Of a stretch of DNA of 64,000 nucleotides, positions 6,932 through 14,583 are shown piece by piece. Made by a program: the position numbers and the translations under genes. Numbering within the stretch: position 1 is the first letter of the stretch; every line of letters begins with the position of its first letter. The notes beneath the pieces are model-generated. The model worked only from the letters and a program-made list of their open reading frames with translations. It was not told the origin of the DNA and did no database searches. The stretch is from an uncultured Phycisphaeraceae bacterium. Lineage in GTDB: Bacteria > Planctomycetota > Phycisphaerae > Phycisphaerales > Phycisphaeraceae. The stretch lies in the NCBI GenBank assembly GCA_964511575.1, contig CAZEFM010000005.1:6232-70231 (forward strand). The letters run 5' to 3'.

Positions 6932-9793
6932 ATGGCTGCACCCAACGCTCCGGATAACACGCTCTACCTCATCGACGGCCACGCGCAGATCTTCCGCGCC
7001 TACTACGCCATCCGCACGCCGATGACCAGCCCCGTCACTGGCGAGCCCACCGGCGCGGTCTTCGCCTTCACCGGCATGATGCTCAAGCTGTTCGAGCAGT
7101 TCCATCCCAAGTACGTCGTGATGGCGATTGACACCGGCGGCAAAACCCACCGCGATGAACTCTACGAACATTACAAAGCCACCCGCGAAGCCACCCCCGA
7201 CGATTTCGCGCCCCAGGTCGAACGCATCCTCGAAATCACCCGCCTTTTCGGCGTGCCCATCTTCGGCAAGGAAGGCGCGGAAGCCGATGACATCATCGCC
7301 ACCATCACCCGCGAGATCCTCGAGGACCCGCGCTACAACGATGTGCGTATCCGCATCGTCTCCAAGGACAAGGATCTGGAGCAACTGCTCAGCGATCGCG
7401 TGACGATGTTCGACATCCACACCGACACGACGATCGATGTCGCCAAACTCGCTGAAACCAAGGGTGTGCGGCCTGATCAGGTCGTCGACATGCTCACCCT
7501 CATGGGCGACACGGTGGATAACATCCCCGGCGCGGCAGGCATCGGCCCCAAGACCGCGGCGATGCTCATCCAGCAGTTCGGCACGATTGAAAACATTTAC
7601 GCCAACATCGATCAGATCAAAGGCAAACGCCGGGAAAACCTCGAAGCATTTCGCGAGCAGTGGCCGCGTTCGCGTGAGTTGATCAAACTCAAGTTCGACG
7701 TCGACATCGACTTTGATCTGGACAAGGCGCGCATCGGCGCGATCGATGCCACCGCGTTGCGGCGCATCTTCACCGATCTGGGCTTTCGTCGGCACGTGCG
7801 TGATCTGGACAAGCTGCTTGAGCCGGCTGCACAGCAGCAGGAGACGGCTGTGAGCGCAAGCGCCGCCACGGGTGCCGCCGGTGGGTTTGTGGGGGGTCTT
7901 TTCGACAGTCACGCCGCGCTCGCCGACCGCGCCATTGAGCAGGCCGCCGCCGCGGGGCTCACCACCGCCAGCGACTGCGACTACCGCGCCATCACCACAC
8001 AGGCGGAACTCGATGAGCTTCGCGACACGCTTGCCCGGCAGAAGATGTTCAGCTTCGACACCGAAACCATCGGGCTGGGGCACGACAAGGAACTGTGCGG
8101 CCTGAGCTTCGCGTGGGAAAAAGGCTGCGGCGTGTACGTGCCCATCTGCTCGCCCGATCCCAAAGCGCACCTCGACAAGAAGGCTGTGCTCGAAACGCTG
8201 CGCCCGGTGCTTGAAGATCCGAACGTCGAAAAGTGCGGGCACAACCTCAAGTACGACCTGCTCGTGCTTCGTCATGCCGGAGTCAACGTGACCGGCGTGC
8301 GATTCGACACCATGATTGCCTCGCATCTCGTCGGTTCGCCCAGCCACAGTCTGGACACGTTGGCGCGGTCGCTGCTTAAGCATGAGGTGATCTCGATCAG
8401 CAGGCTCATCGGCGAGCGCGGCCGCGGGTTGAAACAGAAGACGATGGACCAGGTGGAGCTTGACGCCATCGCGCCCTATGCCGCCGAAGATGCGGACATG
8501 GCGCTGCGGTTGTGCGAGACGTTCACGCCGCAGCTCAAGGCGATGGGGCTTGAGCATCTGGCGCGCGAGGTGGAGATGCCGCTCGTCGAAGTGCTTGCCG
8601 ACATGGAGTTCAACGGCATCCGCGTCGACCCCGACGAACTGGAGCACCAGAAGAATCAACTCGTCAAACGCATCGATGAACTGCGTGACCTCATCTATGA
8701 GAAAGCGGGTGGGCCGTTCAACATCGATTCGCCGCGACAACTGGGTGAAGTGCTCTTCACCAAACTGCAGTTGCCGGTCATCAAGAAAACCAAGACCGGC
8801 GCATCGACCGATATCGAGGTGCTCGAAGCGCTGGCGGAGCTTGATGACCTCACCCCCGAGCAGGCGGCGGCACCCAGACTCATCGTCGAGTATCGTCAGC
8901 TCACCAAGCTGGTGAACACGTATCTGGAGAACCTGCGCGAGTCGATTCACAAGCGCGATGGTCGCGTGCATGCCACGTTTCATCAGACCGGCGCGGCGAC
9001 GGGTCGGCTTTCCTCCAGTGGGCCGAACCTTCAGAACATTCCGATCCGCACCGAACTGGGTCGGCAGATTCGCAAGGCGTTTGTTGCGGAGCCGGGCCAC
9101 GTGCTGATTTCCGCGGACTATTCGCAGATCGAGCTGCGCATGCTGGCGCATCTCAGTGGCGATGCTGCGCTGCATGAAGCGTTCGCGAGCGATCAGGACA
9201 TTCACGCCGCCGTGGCCGCGCGGGTCTTTCACATCGATCCCGATGCCGTCACCGCTGAACAGCGGGTGCACGCCAAAACGATCAACTTCGGCATCATTTA
9301 CGGGGTGACGCCGTTCGGTTTGGCGCGGCGTATTGAAGGTTTGGATTTGGAAGGCGCCAAGACGCTCATCGCCGACTACCGCAAGCGGTTCAGCGGGATC
9401 GATGCGTTCCTCAAGCGGTGCATCGATCAGGCGATTCAGGAAGGTTACGTTACGACGATCCTCGGCCGCCGCCGCGACATTCCGCAGATCACCTCACGCA
9501 ACCCCAACACACGCAGCCTCGGCGAACGGCTGGCGATCAACACCGTTGTGCAGGGCAGCGCCGCCGACCTCATCAAGCAGGCGATGGTCAACCTGCATCG
9601 CCGCATCCTGCGTGAGAACCTGCCGATGAAGCTGCTGTTGCAGATTCACGACGAACTGGTGCTCGAATCGCCCGAAAGCGAAGCCACCCGCTGCGCCGCC
9701 ATCGTCCGCGAGGAAATGGAATCGGCCATGCAACTGGACATCCCCCTCAAAGTCGAACTGGGCACCGGCCCCGACTGGCTCAACGCGAAGTAG
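6932..9793 (+). CDS. polA: DNA polymerase I
   Basis: 5'-nuclease N-terminus ('LYLIDGHAQIFRAYYA', 'ADDIIAT'), 3'-5' exo region ('FSFDTETIGL', 'KCGHNLKYDLLVL') and pol domain ('SADYSQIELRMLAH', 'RVHAKTINFGIIYG', 'LLLQIHDELVLE'). An alternative upstream start exists at 6884. Confidence 0.95.
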   Translation: MAAPNAPDNTLYLIDGHAQIFRAYYAIRTPMTSPVTGEPTGAVFAFTGMMLKLFEQFHPKYVVMAIDTGGKTHRDELYEHYKATREATPDDFAPQVERILEITRLFGVPIFGKEGAEADDIIATITREILEDPRYNDVRIRIVSKDKDLEQLLSDRVTMFDIHTDTTIDVAKLAETKGVRPDQVVDMLTLMGDTVDNIPGAAGIGPKTAAMLIQQFGTIENIYANIDQIKGKRRENLEAFREQWPRSRELIKLKFDVDIDFDLDKARIGAIDATALRRIFTDLGFRRHVRDLDKLLEPAAQQQETAVSASAATGAAGGFVGGLFDSHAALADRAIEQAAAAGLTTASDCDYRAITTQAELDELRDTLARQKMFSFDTETIGLGHDKELCGLSFAWEKGCGVYVPICSPDPKAHLDKKAVLETLRPVLEDPNVEKCGHNLKYDLLVLRHAGVNVTGVRFDTMIASHLVGSPSHSLDTLARSLLKHEVISISRLIGERGRGLKQKTMDQVELDAIAPYAAEDADMALRLCETFTPQLKAMGLEHLAREVEMPLVEVLADMEFNGIRVDPDELEHQKNQLVKRIDELRDLIYEKAGGPFNIDSPRQLGEVLFTKLQLPVIKKTKTGASTDIEVLEALAELDDLTPEQAAAPRLIVEYRQLTKLVNTYLENLRESIHKRDGRVHATFHQTGAATGRLSSSGPNLQNIPIRTELGRQIRKAFVAEPGHVLISADYSQIELRMLAHLSGDAALHEAFASDQDIHAAVAARVFHIDPDAVTAEQRVHAKTINFGIIYGVTPFGLARRIEGLDLEGAKTLIADYRKRFSGIDAFLKRCIDQAIQEGYVTTILGRRRDIPQITSRNPNTRSLGERLAINTVVQGSAADLIKQAMVNLHRRILRENLPMKLLLQIHDELVLESPESEATRCAAIVREEMESAMQLDIPLKVELGTGPDWLNAK

Positions 9794-10241
9794 GAAATTT
9801 CGCGACACGAGCGACGAGGCGCCACACGTCATGCGCGCTCAAATGGCGGTTCGTAGCGCGATTGAACTGTTCGACTACGCGATCAAACTCTGGTGTGTAC
9901 GGAAGACGATCACGCTGTCCCACGGTCCCCGCACTTTGCGCAATGAGGTCGAACAGCAATTCTGTTTCTGATTCCGAAAGTACTATCGGCATCCGATCTG
10001 ACCGGCCCAACGAAGGCATGCGGCCGGCTTTACGCAGGTTCAGGACGCGATGAAAAAGGTCTGCGTACTCGCGTTGATCACCGATTTCGCGTTGTCGCCG
10101 TACGAGTTCGTCGAACGCGTCGGTATAGGGAAGATCGTCAATCGGTCGGCCGAGTTCGTACACAGTCTCAACCAGTCGCTGATCCTCGCGACTCAACGCG
10201 GGCGCTTCGTGGAAAAATCCTTGGTTTGCTTCACTGATCAT
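9780..10241 (-). CDS. hypothetical protein with internal tandem duplication (LPYT-x-x-FD motif twice); third gene of the FRG cassette
   Basis: 153-aa ORF. Its ATG overlaps the FRG gene stop (ATGA at 10238-10241). Two roughly 70-aa repeats each contain 'LS.E...L' and 'LPYT[DP].FD..V'. Its 3' end overlaps the polA 3' end by 14 nt (convergent). I recognise no family. Confidence 0.6.
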   Translation of the reverse strand: MISEANQGFFHEAPALSREDQRLVETVYELGRPIDDLPYTDAFDELVRRQREIGDQREYADLFHRVLNLRKAGRMPSLGRSDRMPIVLSESETELLFDLIAQSAGTVGQRDRLPYTPEFDRVVEQFNRATNRHLSAHDVWRLVARVAKFPTSR

Positions 10242-10918
10242 GACAATACCCGCCTTTCAGCCGTTCTCGCAGCGGCATCCAAATCACGAAACAAACTTCT
10301 GGCGTTGATTTTCATCTCGTCGAGGTCCGACAATGCGGTCGATCTTTCCGTCGCCGGTATGTCGAAACGGTTGAGGGCTGATCCGAGGAGCGACTCTACG
10401 GTGGCTTCTATGGTATCAACCCGCAGCATCACGCTACGCTGTTCGAATGCTCGAGTATTGTATTGCTGGACTTCATCAGTCTCCAGAATCTCAATGGCAT
10501 CGAGACTAGCCTGCTGAAACCGATCACGATCGAGAACCCAAATCGTTACCTCGCCTCCGCTTTGCCGTGCCTGCTCGAATGCGAAGTAAGCAGCAATGTA
10601 TGGCGATTCCGTCCAATCCATTATCCGAGTGGGAAGTCCGTGATGGCGTGCCACATACTCCCAATGGAGATCGGCAAGGGGCCCTCGCCAGCGGCGGGTC
10701 AATCCCAATGCCTCATGCCTGAACTCCCGAAGCAACTCAGTCAGTAACTGATTACGTACATCGTCATTCGAAAATCGACGGACCCGGTCGAGCGTGGTTT
10801 CTAGCTTCCAATCAGCGCTTGAGTGACCGCGAAAGATCAGTTGCCGCCGACGCTCACTGGTAAGGACCGCATACTCAGTCAAACGTGTTTTGAACTCTGC
10901 CCAATCCCGGAGCTTCAA
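10238..10918 (-). CDS. FRG-domain protein (PF08867-type, function unknown)
   Basis: 226 aa with a TTG start preceded by a GGGGGAG Shine-Dalgarno. Signature segments are 'LIFRGHSSADWKLETTLDR', 'ARHHGLPTRIMDWTESPYIAAYFAF' and 'NTRAFEQRSVML' (the FRG-domain 'N.R..aQ.G.F' block). Confidence 0.85.
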   Translation of the reverse strand: MKLRDWAEFKTRLTEYAVLTSERRRQLIFRGHSSADWKLETTLDRVRRFSNDDVRNQLLTELLREFRHEALGLTRRWRGPLADLHWEYVARHHGLPTRIMDWTESPYIAAYFAFEQARQSGGEVTIWVLDRDRFQQASLDAIEILETDEVQQYNTRAFEQRSVMLRVDTIEATVESLLGSALNRFDIPATERSTALSDLDEMKINARSLFRDLDAAARTAERRVLS

Positions 10919-10939
10919 CGTTGTACTCCCCCTAAGATG

Positions 10940-11155
10940 TCAGATGGATCGTCGGAAGTCGCTCAGCCATCGCCGAACATCTGTTTCAACGTTCTCATGG
11001 TCTAACGTATCCCCTCGCTCGATCTGTTGCAGCGCGTGTTCGATTCTTCGGCGAACGGCGACATGATACCGGATGCGATCCAGCGTGACATTATCAGGGA
11101 GGCGCGCTATCATCGCCAGAATCTGTTGTTTTGGGCTACTCATGGAGAGCCTCAT
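10940..11155 (-). CDS. small antitoxin-like protein (addiction-module-component-like); first gene of the FRG cassette
   Basis: 71 aa (or 67 aa from ATG 11143, which has a GAGG Shine-Dalgarno). 'QQILAMIARLPDNVTLDRIRYHVAVRRRIEHALQQIERGDTLDHENVETDVRRWL' has the layout of small type II antitoxin-like proteins. It starts 5 nt after the ispG stop. The rest of the 224-aa track ORF is an alternative frame inside ispG and was discarded. Confidence 0.55.
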   Translation of the reverse strand: MRLSMSSPKQQILAMIARLPDNVTLDRIRYHVAVRRRIEHALQQIERGDTLDHENVETDVRRWLSDFRRSI

Positions 11156-11160
11156 GGATA

Positions 11161-12420
11161 TCACTTGCTGATCGTCAGCGGGGTGATCTTTTCGACCTGG
11201 CCGGCGGCGATTTTGTCGAAGCCGCTGCCGAGTTTGCCGATGGGGTCGGGGGGGAGGATTTCGACGACTTTTTCGCCGAGTTTCGCTTCGCCGCGTTTGA
11301 CCCGCTCCTGGAACTTCTTGCACTCGGCGAGCAGGGCGTCGAGGATCTCCTCTTCGGGCACGTTGGCGACCTTCTGTCCCTGCACGTAGATGATGCCGCG
11401 GCGGTCGCCGGCGAAGATCGCCACGTCCGCGCCTTCGGCTTCGCCCGGGCCGTTCACGATGCACCCCATGACCGCGACCTTGATGGGCAGCTCGATTTCC
11501 TCGCGCAGCTTCTGCCGCACCTGCTGGGTCAGCGTGAAGAGGTCGACCTGAATGCGGCCGCAGGTCGGGCAGGCGATCAGCTCCGCGCCGACGCGGGCTC
11601 GCAGCCCGAGGCAATAGAGCATTTCCAGCGCATCCTCGACCTCGTACACCGGGTCGTTGGCGTAGCTGATGCGCACGGTGTCGCCGATGCCCGAGGCGAG
11701 CAGATGGCCCAGCGGCACCACGCTGCGGATCGTGCCGGTTTCCTTCGGCCCGGCGTGGGTGACGCCCAGGTGCAGCGGGTAATCGAACCGCTTGGAGATT
11801 TCGGTGTACGCATCGATGACCAGCGTCGGGTCGATCGACTTGGCGCTGATGACGATGTCGTGGAAGTCGCGTTCGTGAAAGATCTCCAGGTATTCCTCGA
11901 GCTTGGAGATCATGATGGCGAGCATGTGGCCGTGCTTGTGCTCGCTGAACACGCCGCCGAGTTCCTTCATGCGTTTCTGCTTGTCCTTGCGTTCAACGAT
12001 GGAGCCTTCGTTGACGCCGACGCGGATGGGGATGGCGCGTTCCTTGCACGCGTCGATGACCTTGAGCACCTGTTGGCGGTCGGAGATGTTGCCGGGGTTG
12101 AGGCGGATCTTGTGGACGCCGGCCTCGATCGCTTCCAGGGCACGCTGGAAGTGAAAGTGGACATCCGCGACGATGGGCACCTTCACCTGCGGGAGGATGT
12201 GGCGCAGGGCTTCGGTGTCCTTGCGTTCGGGGACGGCGACGCGCACGAGGTCCGCACCGGCGGCGGCGAGCTTGTTGATCTCGGCGACACAGGTGTCCAC
12301 ATCGTACGTGTAGCCGGCCGTCATCGTCTGCACCGCGACGGGGGCGTCCCCGCCGATGCGAACGATGCCGTGCTGCTGGTCACCGACTGTTACCTGGCGT
12401 GTTTTTCGTCGTGCGATCAT
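11161..12420 (-). CDS. ispG: 4-hydroxy-3-methylbut-2-en-1-yl diphosphate synthase
   Basis: 419 aa. Contains 'VRIGGDAPVAVQTMT', 'LVRVAVP', 'VPIVADVHF', 'HKIRLNPGNI', 'IRVGVNEGSI' and 'CPTCGR...MGCIVNGPGE', typical of GcpE/IspG. Confidence 0.95.
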   Translation of the reverse strand: MIARRKTRQVTVGDQQHGIVRIGGDAPVAVQTMTAGYTYDVDTCVAEINKLAAAGADLVRVAVPERKDTEALRHILPQVKVPIVADVHFHFQRALEAIEAGVHKIRLNPGNISDRQQVLKVIDACKERAIPIRVGVNEGSIVERKDKQKRMKELGGVFSEHKHGHMLAIMISKLEEYLEIFHERDFHDIVISAKSIDPTLVIDAYTEISKRFDYPLHLGVTHAGPKETGTIRSVVPLGHLLASGIGDTVRISYANDPVYEVEDALEMLYCLGLRARVGAELIACPTCGRIQVDLFTLTQQVRQKLREEIELPIKVAVMGCIVNGPGEAEGADVAIFAGDRRGIIYVQGQKVANVPEEEILDALLAECKKFQERVKRGEAKLGEKVVEILPPDPIGKLGSGFDKIAAGQVEKITPLTISK

Positions 12421-12614
12421 TGCGTCAACTGCTTCACTATCAAGGCGTTCACCAAGGCGTGCCGTGCAGCGCCCAGCGGCGCACCAACCGGCTGCAAACC
12501 CGTAGTATAGCGTGCCGGCCGCCGGGGCCGCAGCGGTGAGGGTTGCGGAGGGGTTGGGGGTTCGTGTTCTATATGGTACACGCCCGCTGAAGGGGCGTGC
12601 CGAGGGAGGTGGTT

Positions 12615-13775
12615 GTGGCGCATGCGACGTTTGACGTGATTGTGGTGGGCGCGGGGACGATGGGGGCGGCGACGTGCTATGAGCTGGCGCGGCGGGGCGT
12701 GCGGGTGCTGGGGCTTGAACGCTTCGACATTCCCCACAGCCGCGGGGCGCATCACGGGTTCTCCCGCCTGATCCGGCTGGCGTATTTTGAGCACCCCGAT
12801 TACGTCACGCTGCTGGCCCGCGCGTACGACAACTGGGAACGGCTGGAACGCGACACGGGCGAACAGACGCTGTTCCTCACGGGCGGGCTTTACCTCGGCC
12901 GGGAGGACAGCGAACTGGTGGCCGGCTCGTTGCGGGCGGCACGTGCGTATGACCTGCCGCACGAAATGCTCGACCATGCCGCGGTGCGTCAGCGGTTTGG
13001 GCAGTTCCATGTGCCGGCCGACATGGTTGGCTTCTTCGAGATGAAGGCGGGATTCGTCTCGCCAGCCCGGGCGATGCGCGGTTACGTCGACCAGGCGCTG
13101 CGGCACGGCGCGGAACTGCACGGCCACGAGCCCGTCATCGACTGGGATGCCAAGCCTTCGCGTGTGACGGTGCGAACCCATCGCGGCACGTATGAAGCGG
13201 GCCACGTGGTGTTTTGCGGCGGGGCGTGGACGGACCAGCTCGTACGTGATCTGGGCGTGCCGCTGACCGTGACGCGTCAGGTGCTGGGTTGGGTGTGGCC
13301 GCGTCAGCCCGATGCGTTCGCGCTGGGGCGGTTTCCGGTGTGGGCGCTGGATGCGAATCCAGCCGGGGCGTTCCGCGGCATTCACTACGGCTTTCCAATG
13401 GTGAAACAGGAGCCGGGACTGAAGATCGCGCTGCACTATCCAGCCGAAACGACGGATCCGGATGCGGTGCGGCGGGATGTGCAGCCGGGCGATGAGGCGA
13501 CGTTCCGCCCGATGTTGGCATCGCTCCTGCCCGAAGGTGATGGGCCGTTGCTGGCGGTGCGCACGTGCCTCTACACCAACAGCCCCGACGGGCACTTCAT
13601 CATCGATCGGCACCCGGCTTACGGCAACGTCACCGTGGCATGCGGGTTCAGCGGGCACGGCTTCAAGTTTGCCAGCGTGGTGGGTGAGGTGCTGGCGGAC
13701 CTCGCGGCCGATGGTGCGACGACGCTGCCGATCGGGTTTCTCGGGTTGGATCGGTTCGGCGGCGCGGGCGCGTGA
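12615..13775 (+). CDS. FAD-dependent N-methyl amino acid oxidase (monomeric sarcosine oxidase / SolA-like)
   Basis: Dinucleotide-binding 'FDVIVVGAGTMGAATCYELARRG', then 'GAHHGFSRLIRLAY' and the C-terminal 'ACGFSGHGFKFASVVGEVLADL'. GTG 12615 follows a GAGGGAGG Shine-Dalgarno; the track start at 12597 is also possible. Confidence 0.8.
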   Translation: MAHATFDVIVVGAGTMGAATCYELARRGVRVLGLERFDIPHSRGAHHGFSRLIRLAYFEHPDYVTLLARAYDNWERLERDTGEQTLFLTGGLYLGREDSELVAGSLRAARAYDLPHEMLDHAAVRQRFGQFHVPADMVGFFEMKAGFVSPARAMRGYVDQALRHGAELHGHEPVIDWDAKPSRVTVRTHRGTYEAGHVVFCGGAWTDQLVRDLGVPLTVTRQVLGWVWPRQPDAFALGRFPVWALDANPAGAFRGIHYGFPMVKQEPGLKIALHYPAETTDPDAVRRDVQPGDEATFRPMLASLLPEGDGPLLAVRTCLYTNSPDGHFIIDRHPAYGNVTVACGFSGHGFKFASVVGEVLADLAADGATTLPIGFLGLDRFGGAGA

Positions 13776-13785
13776 ATGCGGCGCG

Positions 13786-14574
13786 TCAATGCGGTTCACC
13801 GCGAACGCGATCGAGCAGCGGCGGCAGTTCGATGAGCCGGTCGATGCGCGGGGTGTTGTCGTTGGGCAGGCGATGGTGGCGGATGTGCATCGGGCGTTTC
13901 CAAATGGGCAGCAGGCCGGCCCGTCGAGCGCCGAAGATGTCCGCGTGGAGGTTGTCGCCGATGAACACCGCCTGCGGCGCGGCAACGCCGATGCGATCGA
14001 GCGCGGCATGAAAGATGCGACGATCCGGCTTGCGGTAACGCACATCGCAACTGTAAATCCGGTGCGGGAAGTATTGCAGCAGGTCCAGTTGCTCCAGGTG
14101 CGCATCGAGCACATGGCCCGGCACGAACGTGTTGCTGACCAGGCCGAGTTGGTAACCCTGATCGCGCAGTTGGCGCAGCACCTGCCGTGTGCCCGGTTCG
14201 ATGGTGGCGATCTCCGCCAGCGGGCTGTACCAGGCGTGCATCAACTGACGATAGAACGCGGCGTTGCCCTGCAGCCAGAGCTTGCGGCAGGCACGGCGGA
14301 TCGATCGCTCCGCGTTCATCTCGCGACGCAGCAGCATCTGCTTGAAAAACCCCCAGTACATCGCGAACCACTGGTGCAGGTAGTACCGGCGGAAATCGGG
14401 CATGCGCTGCTGCCTTGCCGCCCACATGCGGTAGGTGCGCTGGGCCGCACGACGGAAGAGCGCGGCACGGTCGATCGGGCCGAACTGAATCACCGTGTCG
14501 CCAAGATCAAACAGGATGGCACGCAGCGCGGACATGCGAATCGGTTGCGTCAATTGACTCGGCATCAGGTTCAA
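13786..14574 (-). CDS. HAD-superfamily phosphatase/hydrolase, downstream of glcF
   Basis: Motifs are 'AILFDLGDTV' (I), 'GLVSNT' (II), 'KPDRRIF' (III) and 'FIGDNLHADIFGARRAGL' (IV). Possible starts are TTG 14574, ATG 14565 or ATG 14535. It lies 9 nt after the glcF stop on the same strand. Confidence 0.75.
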   Translation of the reverse strand: MNLMPSQLTQPIRMSALRAILFDLGDTVIQFGPIDRAALFRRAAQRTYRMWAARQQRMPDFRRYYLHQWFAMYWGFFKQMLLRREMNAERSIRRACRKLWLQGNAAFYRQLMHAWYSPLAEIATIEPGTRQVLRQLRDQGYQLGLVSNTFVPGHVLDAHLEQLDLLQYFPHRIYSCDVRYRKPDRRIFHAALDRIGVAAPQAVFIGDNLHADIFGARRAGLLPIWKRPMHIRHHRLPNDNTPRIDRLIELPPLLDRVRGEPH

Positions 14575-14583
14575 CGGAATGCG

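Noticed and set aside
6785-9271. An 828-aa minus-strand ORF lies antisense to polA. Similar long antisense ORFs are 398-1672, 4818-6509, 11131-12510, 12417-14114, 14659-16158, 15927-16997, 19836-21068, 21327-22949, 23056-24135, 24808-26394, 26681-28168, 31030-33003, 32300-33901, 34535-36244, 41060-41890, 47282-48463 and 57157-58161.
   Set aside because: In every case the opposite strand encodes a protein with clear conserved family motifs. The antisense translations are Arg/His/Pro/Gly-biased low-information sequence without motifs, so I treat them as GC-content shadows.
10050-10747. Plus-strand ORFs (155 aa and 94 aa) lie inside the FRG cassette.
   Set aside because: They are antisense to the FRG and 153-aa genes, which have Shine-Dalgarno or translational-coupling signals and, for FRG, a domain signature. 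The plus-strand ORFs have no start context and no motifs.
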